The notes under the pieces are model-generated. The model saw nothing but the letters and a program-made list of their open reading frames with translations. It had not been told where the DNA came from and made no database searches. Positions 42,066 to 53,503 of a stretch of 64,000 nucleotides of DNA are shown here, piece by piece (the stretch's first letter is position 1; every line of letters begins with the position of its first letter). The position numbers and the translations under genes are program-made. The stretch is taken from assembly GCA_964016885.1 (NCBI GenBank), contig OZ024741.1:360096001-360160000 (forward strand). The letters run 5' to 3'. The stretch comes from Eledone cirrhosa (taxonomy: Eukaryota).

Positions 42066-43201
42066 TATATATATAAAATAAATGTCTGTTCCAAGCCTGA
42101 AGCTTCATCAGGTCAGAACACTTGTCTATTGCAAGGTTAATCCCCAGCTCTCTGCTGGTACTCATTTACAGCTGAATTGACTAAAGTAACCAAGAATTGA
42201 ACCCATGACATTATGATCACTAGCTCAACACTCCTAATCACTAGGTCACACAGTTTCACCAATCTAAAGGTTCAGTGGACAGTCCTTCAAACATTTACAC
42301 AGGTGAAACTTATAATCATCATCATCATTTTACCCTTTAGCATTTAAACCGGCCATATCTGCCCAGAATTCTCACACCTCTTTCTCTTCAATGATTTGCT
42401 TTGATGTCCGCATTCCAAGCTGTTTCACTTCCTATTCAGAATTACCACTGTACCCTCTCACTCCATCTCAGTGTGTATGTGTGCACATGCACACACACGT
42501 GCTTTTAGATCTAAGTTGGCTCAAATTAAACAGACCTATGACCAAAGAAATTCAAGTTGTAATCATCCAATCTTTTATGCAGATAATGTTTCCAGATTCT
42601 AAGATATTTGTATTGTCATTTGAGAGAGATTTGGGTGCTATTGGTAGCAGGTTGACTGTGTTTCAGTATTGCTTATTTATAATAAAGAAAGGTTAACAAT
42701 AAATAACATTGCCTAAAAGCAGAAATTCCAAATATATTAGCACAGGCATGGTCAGGGAGTTTGCTTCACAACCACTTGGTTTTGGATTCAATCCCCCAGT
42801 ATGGAATCTGAAACCAGTTATAAAATGAACTCCTTAACCACATAGCCATGCTGTGCATATATTTTCAACAGAGTGCAATCAAGAAAATGTAAAGAAACTA
42901 ACTAGTGATAGTCTGCACCAACAACAAAAAGGTTATTAAAATAAATAAAGTACTAGTCCAGTGGTACTGGTAGAGTTGTGAGAGATTTGGACAAGATGCT
43001 TTGCGGTATCTGTTGTGGCTCAGTGCATTCTGAGTTCAAATTGTAGTGGCTTATTTAGGTTGTAGATTTAATCTGTTGCTTAGTTTAACACCACCACTTG
43101 GGGGCCTTTTAACAGAATTTTCATTGTTGCAAACATTCAGGTCTCCGATTTGAAGATACCTTCCACTCTCCTTCCCTCCTATTAGTCTACGAGGACCATA
43201 A

Positions 43202-43690
43202 CCCTTGTGATACCAAACTGGCTCTAGTTCTCATAACCATTTAACATCTGTTTCCCCTACTGGCAAGAGTTGATTCTATGTTAGAAAACTGTTTTCATCT
43301 TTCATCATAATTTTATACAAAAATCTTTGCCAAGTTATGTCCCAAACACCAGCTTAACCCTTTAGCATTTAAACTGGCTGTAACCGGCCAGAATTCTCTA
43401 ACTTCTATCTGATCAAACTGGTTGTAACCAGCCACTCATACTGATTTGAAGGTTTTGTTCTCAAAATAAATAATATTAAAATCTTATACATTCTATATTA
43501 TGTGAGATAATCATGTTAGATAAAGTCTTTACTGATAAAATACAATAGTATATATAGAGTAATGTAAATGCTAAAGGGTTAAGAATGGAAAAGTTAGTTA
43601 CATTACTAAATCTAAACATTCTTAACTATTTTTGAAGTGATTTGAAAATTATTGGCAGCGCCAATTATTAGAAATAGGGTAACAGCAGGG
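43202..43690. mobile_element. piggyBac-type MITE family B hosting a nested family A copy
   Basis: ATAA|CCCTTGTGATACC ... GGTAACAGCAGGG|TTAA; both halves match family B copies. Confidence 0.65.
43358..43578 (+). mobile_element. Complete piggyBac-type MITE family A (221 bp)
   Basis: TTAA TSD on both sides; perfect 14-bp TIR CCCTTTAGCATTTA / TAAATGCTAAAGGG. Confidence 0.9.
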
Positions 43691-44950
43691 TTAAAAGGTT
43701 CATGGACACTGTTTCACTGGCTAAACTGTAGAAAAAAGATAAGAGAACTCACCTCTTCATAGCACACAAAATTAAGACCATTTTGTGTACATTTGTACTT
43801 AGTTAAGGAGCACAAGTTTCACTAAAAGTAGCAGGGTTTAAACTCTCATAATATGATAAGTCTCTTAAGCTCTTTTACACAATCAAAATAAAAACAAATA
43901 CAATAAGCATTTTAAGGCCATTTTCCCTGCATATACCATGGCAAGCTAATCTATTTCACCCTATCATCAACATCCTGCCTCACCAACTTTTATTTCCTCC
44001 TTTATCATCTTTAGCCATATCTTTCTTGGTCTTCCTTTTCCTCTACTTTCTTCCTCTTTCATCCATCCTCAACACATGACCCAACCATTTGGCCCTAGTG
44101 GCTGCATCCTGCTTCATCAACCATCTGACCTTCATTTCCTCCTCCATCTTTCCCTTTCCTCTACTTTCATCCATATTCATTTGTTTCTGAAGCATGGAAC
44201 TACCTGCATCAGTTGTTAGCTGTCAGGACACTACATCCTTCAACACTTCCAGGTTTCACCAACACTACACTTGATATTTCCCCTCCACATACACGCATGT
44301 GTCTGTGTGTGTATATCATGACTCATACACAGTTCACTTTCCTGACATTTGTACATTATTCTATGTACTATACATTCACCTTTGATGAGTTGTAGTGCAC
44401 CTGAGCACTGTGCACAATTTTCATTATTGTTATTTATCCTCAACACATGACACAACCAAACAAATTAACAACAAATAATAAAGAACAAATCACTGTTGAA
44501 TAATGTATTTAGAAAAAAAAATCATACAATATAATACATATGTCAGAAGCACCTTTTCACAACCAGTAAATCCTTGGCTAACTGATCTCTTGATTTGAGT
44601 TTTACCAAAGATAACTTTACTTTAAAAAATGTTGATTTGAAGCATTTACAGTTGTGTAACTAAACCACAGCCATGCCTCAATTAATGATCACTCAGGACT
44701 AAATTTTTGTGTACATATATTATGTACGTCTTGCAGAAATGTTTTCAGATTCTAAGATATTGAATTGTAATTTGAGAGAGATATGGCTTCTATTTTATGT
44801 AATATAATTATGCTATATATTTTTGTATGTTCTCTATCCAGCAAATTATTTGTGTAAGTGTGTGTGTGTGTTACAAAATGTCTTTTTAAATGTTTGTGTT
44901 TTGCAAAATAAAACAAATTTACCAAGATATTTCCATTAAACCTTTATGGA

Positions 44951-44956
44951 TTTATT
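44951..44956 (-). promoter_or_regulatory. Candidate polyadenylation signal of the minus-strand gene
   Basis: AATAAA on the minus strand ~1.35 kb after the stop, followed by a GT/T-rich tract; other AATAAA hexamers exist in this AT-rich UTR. Confidence 0.3.
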
Positions 44957-46293
44957 CATATAATTCACTAAATATCAAACTGATACTTGGTAACTTTTCA
45001 TACTTTCATGGACTTTACTGCTAGTTATATAATGACCAGGTTGTTGGAACTGGACATATCCATTAAGTGAGAAGTGGCTGTATTTAACATTTAGTCATTG
45101 TCCTCCTTACAAAACAACAACAACAAAAATGAGGTGGGTTTGTACTTGTTTTTATCTGAAAGGAACGTCTTATGAAATACTGAAAAGGGGAACGAAAGAT
45201 AAGTAATAGGGCCGGAAAAAGAAAATGGATGAGTGACCGCTGTTGTAAGAACTGAAAAAAGGAGATGGAAGTGGTCTTTACTGTATTAAATGAATAACTG
45301 CTTGTTTATCAGTGTAGTAGCACCATTATGAAAATGTGTTGTTTATTGTAAAGGGTTAAATAGCTTGACCTACAGTATATATTACTGTTACTAAATTTAG
45401 CTTTGTGAGGAATGAAGGGAAAAGTTTAGCAATAATTTGTCTAGTCTAAAATGTAATTTATCTAAAAAAAAAAATTCAAAAACAATAAAATTGTACATAT
45501 AAGAATTAACACACATAGTGTGTATTCTATATATGTGTGCATGTGTATATATGTACATACACACGCACATGTTATTTAAATTTATATATATATATATATA
45601 TATATTATATATTTAAATTAAAAAAATTGCAAATAATTTGATAGTAATAAATATAAACAAAAGTATAATGTGTAAAAGTAGAGTCATTGGACTCTACAAA
45701 CAACAAAGAAAAAATACTGAAATTGTAGAATTTCAGGCAGATGTTGGAACTTTGGTGTCACTTAAGTAAAAATCATTGACAACAAAAGAATGAGTAAAAA
45801 AAAATGATTGTTTTAATTATTTACAAGGCAAATTTGGTAAAATGTTTTATTTTAATCAGTATTTCTTGTTCTTAAATGAAATATTTTGGAATGATAAATA
45901 AACTTTTTTCTTTTTTAGTGTATATATAAATGAGATTTTTTAAAGACAATTCTACAAATGGATGGATAATTTATTCACTCTGTGGAATGTTTTATTATAT
46001 TAAAAACAGAGAGGAATTCTCTTCAATTTTTAGTTTTGCCTTTTTTTTTTGTAACATTCAATTAAAAATTGATGATGACTTATCACTACACATCACAACA
46101 TTTCAATGAGGGTGAAAATCAATTAAAAATGTGAAGGCTGATCTATACATAGATATGTATATATAGATGTGTGTGTGTGAATGTGTTTGTATATGTTTAT
46201 GGTTGCAAATAAAACTGTTAAATGGAAGCCATATTTAAAAGAAGAAAGAGCAACCATATTTAAATAAAAGCAAATGTTTTCTTATTGCATCAT

Positions 46294-46725
46294 TCAGTGA
46301 CTATTTTTGTGGATCACTATTTGCAAAAAAGACAGAAAAAAGTTTCTCAGCATTGTTTGCACCTCATTTGGAACATTCCTGCCCAGCTTTTGCTCAATGA
46401 GATTGACTAAGGCAGCAGCCACCTCAGTCTGATCACTTCCCATTGTTATATCTGGTTCAGTAGGAGATGTATTCACGGCCTTATCATCCATTGAAACAGC
46501 AGCTGTAGCTGTGGCTACATCAACAGAAGATGAGATAGCTTCTGAGCCAGGAAGTGGAGACTCTGGAAACAAAATAGGGGATGTACTGATATCTCTGGTG
46601 GAGAGTTTATTTCCAGGTGTCACAGACATTTTTGAAGTAAGTCCAGCCATTTTCTGTTCAGTTTCCTGGATCGCCTGGCTCAGCAATGCCAAAATCTCCT
46701 GAGAGCTTTGTTCCGGGTTTGACAT
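46294..46725 (-). CDS. MAPKBP1: Terminal coding exon of a WDR62/MAPKBP1-like gene (C-terminal helical domain)
   Basis: Acceptor ttttactag|ATG (phase 0), stop TGA at 46294-96. QSSQEILALLSQAIQETEQKM and EVQTMLRNFFLSFLQIV resemble the MAPKBP1/WDR62 C-terminal helices as I recall them; not database-checked. Confidence 0.7.
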   Translation of the reverse strand: MSNPEQSSQEILALLSQAIQETEQKMAGLTSKMSVTPGNKLSTRDISTSPILFPESPLPGSEAISSSVDVATATAAVSMDDKAVNTSPTEPDITMGSDQTEVAAALVNLIEQKLGRNVPNEVQTMLRNFFLSFLQIVIHKNSH

Positions 46726-47049
46726 CTAGTAAAATATAAGAGTTCAAAGTTCAATATATGTTAAAGCTAATACAATGTAACCAAATTATTCTCAAGGATA
46801 TAAAACAATATATCATCTAATTTAACCCTTTTAAATATACTACTAACCACTCATGAATCACAAAACTCAAGCCACAGATAAAATAAAGACAATCCTATAA
46901 TTTACCCATTGAAGAAAGCATTCCTGAATGATAAAATCAGTTGATTGGGGAATAATATATTAAAAAAAAAAATATTAATCCCCAAGAGTGAACATATGTC
47001 TCATGTAAAAGTTTACATGTAATAGGGAGATAACTCTTGTATAATGGTT

Positions 47050-47245
47050 TGTGATTTAGCCAACAATTTGGTGGGGAGGGGTAAGTGAATCAAATCTACC
47101 CAGTGCATTACTGATACTCTATTTTATTGAAGGATGAAAGGCAAAGCTAACCGTTGGAGGATTTGAACTGAGAACGCAAAGGGACATAACTATGCTGCAA
47201 AGCATGTTGTTCAATGCTCTACCGCTACTGCCAATCCATCGCCCT
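47050..47245 (-). mobile_element. SINE S1
   Basis: Core GGATGAAAGGCAAAG and B-box complement ATTTGAACT on the plus strand. Confidence 0.7.
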
Positions 47246-47295
47246 TAAGACTTGTATAACATTTCAGTGTTTGGTCATATGGATTGTAGTGTATG

Positions 47296-47640
47296 GACAT
47301 AAACATGGACGAGTAGTTAACATGTTCACTTCAAAATCATTAAGTCATGGGTTCGATCCCAGTGCATGGCATACTAGGCAAAAATCTTTACCATAACCTT
47401 GGGTTGACCCTAGCCTTGTGAGTGAAATTGAGTAGATGAAAACTTTAGAAGCCTGTCAGATGGATTGTACCTTTAATTCCAAAGTCCAGCTTTATCATAT
47501 ATTATGTCATGCTGATTCAGCTTGAGAATTACTTTAAGAATACATGTGTCAGTAGAATACGTGCACTACCTACATGTTAATTCACGAGCTGGATGGTCAG
47601 TTGATCGGACAAATGAATGCTCATCCTTCATCATATTAGT
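47296..47640 (+). mobile_element. tRNA-derived SINE family S2
   Basis: B-box GGGTTCGATCCC; body AGCCTTGTGAGTGAAATTGAGTAGATG; inverted homologues at 48650-48963 and ~58900-59010. Confidence 0.7.
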
Positions 47641-48215
47641 AGCATTGAACATCTGACAATTTGTTTTAGTAGATGTTATAGTATCCTCTATTAATTGGTG
47701 GATAAATAAACTGAGACAATGCAGAATAGAGAAGACCCTTTAGTCCTGTCAAGGACTGGTAACCTCTTTAGTGTTGGTGTCAATAAAATACGGCTAAAAC
47801 ACTGTAAAGTGGTTAGCAAGTGAATAGAGACAATGTTAGACAGGACTCTTTAGTCTTGCTGAGTACATGATGACAACCTTTCTAGTGCTGGTGATATGAT
47901 GAAATGCACTCAGTGAAGTGTTTGGCATTGAGATGAGCACCCAGCAATAGAAAGAAAGCTTCATGACAGTATGGTGCGAGGGAATTTTACTGCTATCTCT
48001 AGCATGTTGCTAAAATGCAGAGATACTTCCTCTTTATTTATTGGTTCACTGACTAGCCCAATCTTGGAGTGTGATGCCCTGTCCATCTAATTCTAGCATG
48101 AAAAACAGATGTAAAATGATGATGACACTTTCCATCCACAAAAAAAGAATATCTAAAGCATTGTTCATATTTAGTAGTAGTAGTAAATGACGATGACCAT
48201 CACCATTTAACTGAC

Positions 48216-48295
48216 CTTTTCATACATCAGCGACAATTTATCAACATCCAGTTTCAAGTCTTGTATGACATTCTTGCAAGCTTCCAGTTTATCAG
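48216..48295 (-). CDS. MAPKBP1: 80-nt internal exon of the WDR62/MAPKBP1-like gene ((A)DKLEACKNVIQDLKLDVDKLSLMYEK)
   Basis: ttttcag| acceptor (phase 1) and AAG|gtcagt donor (phase 0) fit both neighbours; peptide resembles the LEQCEQLVAEL...LY helix of MAPKBP1. Confidence 0.75.
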
Positions 48296-48299
48296 CTGA

Positions 48300-48510
48300 A
48301 ATGATAGAAACAATGATCATGGATGAATGATAGAAACTGTGGTAATTATTACAGTAGTAACACCATGGATGATAGACACTGGTAATTATTACAGTAGGAA
48401 TGATCATGGATGAATGATAGAAACTGTGGTAATTATTACAGTAGTAATGATCATGAATGATAGAAACTGTGGTAATTATTACAGTAGGAATGATCATGGA
48501 TGAATGATCA
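48300..48510. repeat. 40-50-bp imperfect tandem repeat abutting a splice acceptor
   Basis: ATGATCATGGATGAATGATAGAAACTGTGGTAATTATTACAGTAG repeated about 4.5 times. Confidence 0.85.
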
Positions 48511-48649
48511 AAATGAAGTGGATATGGGGCTCAAATCATACAAAAGATCTGTTTGAGGAATAACTTCACGGAGAGGGAAGGGGAAATAATCCTTCACTCC
48601 TAAGAAGCTGGCTGTAAATGTATTGAAATCAATCCATGATGTAGGTTCC

Positions 48650-48963
48650 AGTTGTTCAATATCCTGCTCATGAAATTAATGTGCAAGTGGCTGAGCATTC
48701 CACAGAAACTTGGATGAACCCATAACATAATTATTAAGGAGATTCAACATGACAATATGTAAAAAGGCTTGTCCTTTGAGTAACAACAATAAGCCATCTT
48801 ATAGGCTTCCAAACAATTTCCATCTACTTAATTTCCTTCACAAGGCTTTGGTTGACCTGAGACTATGGTAAATGACTCTTTCCTAAGATGCCAGCAGTGG
48901 GATTGAACCAGCGATCTAATGATTGTGAAGCAACCCTTTTAATCATTTGGCTATGCTGTGTCC
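48650..48963 (-). mobile_element. SINE S2 (inverted relative to the 47296 copy)
   Basis: Reverse complement GGACACAGCATAGCC...GGTTCAATCCC...CAAAGCCTTGTGAAGGAAATTAAGTAGATGG. Confidence 0.7.
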
Positions 48964-49859
48964 ACTGGCTGTAAATAATAGGCTAATATTTGATCATTTC
49001 ATATTTTAGCTGTCCAAATATTGTGTAATTTTTGCCTCTAGGCTGTATTTATCTGCCTAGTTTCAGTAAATAGACAAGTTATGATGGTCATCTTCCTTAC
49101 TAAAGCCCCATGGTCTGTATGACAAGTTTAATACTTGTCATGTGGTCGTTTTTGAGGTAATTGCTTTATGAATGGGTACATTTCCTGGCACCAACACTTT
49201 TAGTTATCTCTTACAATATTGGCAGCATATTAAAAGCAGTGACATTTGTTTATGTACCTCATACATAATATAGCCTAGCAGTTTCCTGAATGTCAGTGAT
49301 ATATGCCATACCTATAGGTTGGCATCAGGAAGGGTATCTGACTATAAAAAAAACGCCACAAAAAGTATTGTCTAACCCATACCAGCATGGAAATGCAGTT
49401 GTAAAAACGATGATAATGATAATATTTCTGGGACCAGGTTTGTTTTATTCATGTAAACTTTTATACTGAAATTAGGGAAAATGTTTTTTTTTGTTTTAAT
49501 AAATATACATTGCTACCAACATCTTTCTATATCAATACATAAGAGAAACCATTCAATTGTTAAATTCAAAATGGTGGTTTGTTCTGGATTGTTGAAATTA
49601 GAATTGGACATGTAATGATTCAAAGAAGGAATACAATAGAATGATTTTCATTTTCTGCCTTCCCCTGGTCTTCTTTTCTTTTCATCCCATAACTCCTAGT
49701 GGAATTGTGAGGGCACTATAGTGGCATATAGTGTTTCTAGGGCATTTTTAAAAACCTAGCAGAGCTTATCTCCTCTCTGGGTCTGAACACAGCAGATTTC
49801 TTTCTCCTGTTCTTACAAGCTCACAAAACACTGCCTAGAGTTGAGTACTTTATAAAACA

Positions 49860-50853
49860 CTAGCAGTAAAGCCCGGCGTTGCTCGGGGTCGCTCAGTAGC
49901 TGTGTTAAAGTTACAATGTTAAGTTTCTTTCTTGGCTTAAAAACTGTAGTGTCTACTGTGCAGACTTGCATGTGGTGTTTTTGATTAATATTCCCTCAAC
50001 CAACAATATGCCTTATGAAGTTAAGAAAACATAACGATAACCCGAATGTTATAACAAAAGAGGATGCTGGGGATAGAAACTGCACTGGTTATTTATTAAC
50101 AAAGATCGAAAATGTAAACACTGCAACGCAGAGAAAAACATTAGCGTAACCAAATGATCAGTTATGTCTGTCTGCACGCCTATATCACCTCTCTGCACGA
50201 CTGTCTGTCTGCACGCCTATATCACCTCTCTGCACGACTGTCTGTCTGCACGCCTATATCACCTCTCTGCACGACTGTCTGTCTGCACGCCTATATCACC
50301 TCTCTGCACGACTGTCTGTCTGCACGCGTATATCACCTCTCTGCACGACTGTCTGTCTGCACGCCTATATCACCTCTCTGCACGCGTATATCACCTCTCT
50401 GCACGACTGTCTGTCTGCACGCCTAACGACGAAATATTTGCTTGTTTTACGTAGTCTTTAAATAGACTTGTTTTCAAGTAAAAATATTGTTTTAAAATGC
50501 TTTTAAATGGAAATGAAGCAAAATGGAAGCTTAGTGTTCGAACTGATGAATTTTGCAGGTCAATATTTTGCTGGCTCGACAACTGTTAAAGCCAGCGTAA
50601 TTTTTTACGTAAGACGCTCAATGTAAACAGAACAAAGGGAAATAACTGATAACTTACGCTCAAAAATCGATACATTATATTCGATTTCGTCACATAGGGT
50701 GGGTCAATTTGAAATTTTTTTTTTTCCGATGTCTTCGCTAGGGCTCAATGTACAAGTATAGCAATTTCGGTGCAATTCCGTGAGAGATTCTAAGAGGAGA
50801 TGTGTGCCAAAAATCGATAGACAGACAGACAACCACAGTTTTATATATATAGA
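49860..50853 (-). mobile_element. Complete non-autonomous Helitron (994 bp)
   Basis: Minus strand 5' A|TCTATATATATAAAA...GTCTGTCTGTC; 3' hairpin CCCGAGCAACGCCGGG, then CTTTACTG-CTAG|T; inserted between A and T with no TSD. Confidence 0.9.
50166..50424. repeat. 37-bp minisatellite inside the Helitron
   Basis: GCACGCCTATATCACCTCTCTGCACGACTGTCTGTCT about 7 times, near-perfect. Confidence 0.95.
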
Positions 50854-51611
50854 TTACAAAACCTAATGGGTACTCAGTGAACCCAGATACTGAGAGTTAA
50901 GTAGCTTGGCTGCAGACACTGTAATAACACTGACAAGAAATCAACTGTTAATCTCTCAGCTATTTCTCTTGTGGTACCTTTCTCCTAGAGTAGGTGAAAT
51001 AATGTTTTAGAGACTAATGTGTTCATTCAATCTGTGGTAAATTTGAACTGATGTTGATAAAGTTCAGAATTTTGAACAACTTTATTTTTAAATCACAGTG
51101 AGTAGTAAGCTTTTCTGTGACTATGATGAACAAATGAAGCTATTTCAGCATAGAGAAACACATTGAATTATTTAAAGGCTTTACAACATTTGGAAACAAG
51201 AATGTTTGCAAAGGATTCTGGATGAGAAATTAATATATAAAGGATCTTTTGACACATAGGCATGTACATGTGAGTAGCAAAGGCGGTGGAGGTGATTAAA
51301 ATATAGATGTGCAAACATACAGGAGGTTTGTGCATAGCACTTACAAAGATCAGCATTCTGAAGTTGGTTTAAAACTAGCACAGCTATAATATAATAATAA
51401 AACAATAAATAAAGAAATAATACTAATAATAAATCAATACTAATTATGATAATCACAAAATAATATGAAAAATATATGTAAATATAAAGTCATCAAAATT
51501 ATTGAAAATGTAATAAGTCAAAAGAATATCACAAATCAGTAACAACTTTTATAGGTTTTAAACAAAATATCTATTCCTGCTAGAAATGTAATCATTAGAC
51601 TGATGTGTAAA

Positions 51612-51780
51612 TAATTGTTTCTACTTTTGGCACAATGCCAGCAATTACCCAGTGTATTACTGGTACTTTATTTTATCGACCCCGTAAGGATGAAAGGCAA
51701 AGTTAACCTCGGCGGGATTTGAACTCAGAATAGCAAGGGCCGTAACTCTATGCGTCAAAGCATGGCGTCCGACCCTCTAC
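51612..51780 (-). mobile_element. SINE S1 (well preserved)
   Basis: Minus strand GTAGAGGGTCGGAC...GAGTTCAAATCCCGCCGAGGTTAACTTTGCCTTTCATCCTTACGGGGTCGATAAAATAAAGTACCAG. Confidence 0.8.
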
Positions 51781-52376
51781 GTGTAATTAATACACTGGAA
51801 CTGCAGTGATCAACAATGAACTGCTATGACTTCGAGTGTACATTGCAGTACTCCAGGAAACATAACTCCCAGATTGGGGACTCTTCATGGGAGAGAATAT
51901 ATCTTTTCAAGTGTTTTTGTATCAAGAGTTAATGTGCATGTATGCTAAAGCAGTAGTCCCTCTTCGATCATGATTGACCATGGTTTTGCACATGGAAAGT
52001 TCCTTTTCAAAGTGCAAGCTTGGGCAGGGTAAAAAGATGTTTTGTGGAAGACCAACAGTCACCAATGCATGCCAGTCTTCCTTCTGCTTGCTACTAATGT
52101 TGTCCAAGGTAATGGAAAAGGCTAATACAGCTTGTCATCCCAACACATTTTTTCCAGCTAAATGGACTGGAGCAAATGGAAATAAAGTGTTTTGCTTAAG
52201 AATACCTTAACCACTAAGCCAATAAATAGTGCCAGAAATAACCAATCAAATAGAAATACATGTAAGATTACTAATCCAGCTAGCACATATTTCCAATAGT
52301 TACATTTAATCTCAAGAAATATAGACTATTATTCGACAAAATGTATTTGACTAGCAGATGAACAATTAGGGTAGTT

Positions 52377-52633
52377 TAACCATTTCTTTACTATATTTCT
52401 AATGAAAGGCACTGCTTATGATTTAAAAATATTTTTTGATTAATCAAAACTTTAGAAGGATTTAGTAAAAGAACTTCCTTATTATTAAGTTGGTATTTTG
52501 AACAGAACATTAGAAAAGGTTTTTACATTAAATTATGATAGGCTTTTAAATATATATATAAACACTTGAAAAGAATCAGTTTTATATTATAGAAACGGGG
52601 CAGTTTCGTGTGTTTTTGTATCAAAAGGGCTAA
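52377..52633. mobile_element. piggyBac-type MITE family B
   Basis: TTAACCATTTCTTTACTATATTTCTAATGAAA...GTATCAAAAGGGCTAA. Confidence 0.65.
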
Positions 52634-52830
52634 ACAGAAGTATTGTTTTAGCAAATAATTGTTTCTACTTTTGGCACAAGGCCAGCAATAATGACCATAC
52701 AACAGCTAACAGTGTTTAGATGTTAGATTTTAGTTCTTTAGGTTGTTTTAGCCATAACAGTTAAGGATATGCTGGATCACTACTTTCAGATCAATTACTG
52801 AATAGGTTCTAGTTAAATATTAATAGTTAC

Positions 52831-52952
52831 CTTTAGAAGGTATGTCCCATGACTGGGGGCTATTCTTCAAGGGCAACTGCAATTGAGGACTGTCTGGTTT
52901 TGGAGACACAGGAACAGACTCCATCGGTGTTGTGAGAGCAACATTAGCAGGA
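52831..52952 (-). CDS. MAPKBP1: 122-nt internal exon (PANVALTTPMESVPVSPKPDSPQLQLPLKNSPQSWDIPSK)
   Basis: aag| acceptor (phase 2) and AAAG|gtaact donor (phase 1) match the flanking exons; open frame. Confidence 0.75.
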
Positions 52953-53044
52953 CTTCCATATAGAAACAAATTAAAACATGAAAATGAGATCAATATATAA
53001 ATACATAAAATAGACATTTGATGAAAATGTTGCAACATTGTTAA

Positions 53045-53489
53045 CCCTTACGTTATCATATTTCTAATGAATAACACTGCCTATAATTTTCAAATAATTT
53101 TGAAATAAGAATTTAAAGAGATTTCGTAATATAACGAACTTTCTCATTATCAAGGTGAAATCCAAAACAACCTAACAGACTATGATGGAAGGTTTTCAGA
53201 TTAATATAAACATTTAAAAATAACAAGTAGGTTGGTATCAAAAGGGTTCACTCATTACCATATTTGTAATGACGCATACTGCTTTTAATTTTCAAATAAG
53301 CTTGAAAAAAAATCAAGAATTTGATGGATTCAACAATATAACTAACTTTCTCATTATTAAGATGGTGCTTGAAATATAACTTTAAAGTTTTTACATAAAA
53401 TTATAATAAAGGGTGTTTAGATAAATATAAATATTTTAAAATAAAATGTATTATATCATAAAACCAAGGATGGTTTGAGATTGAAAGGG
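53045..53489. mobile_element. Two tandem MITE family B copies filling a 551-bp intron
   Basis: TTAA|CCCTTACGTTATCATATTTCTAATG...GGTATCAAAAGGG|TTCA, then a second copy ending AAAGGG|TTAA at 53487-93. Confidence 0.65.
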
Positions 53490-53503
53490 TTAAGTTGACT
53501 TAC

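Noticed and set aside
42085-42115. CTGATGA hammerhead-like motif on the minus strand
   Set aside because: Followed by GGAA rather than GAAA, no stem I/III, and it lies in a SINE-like tail.
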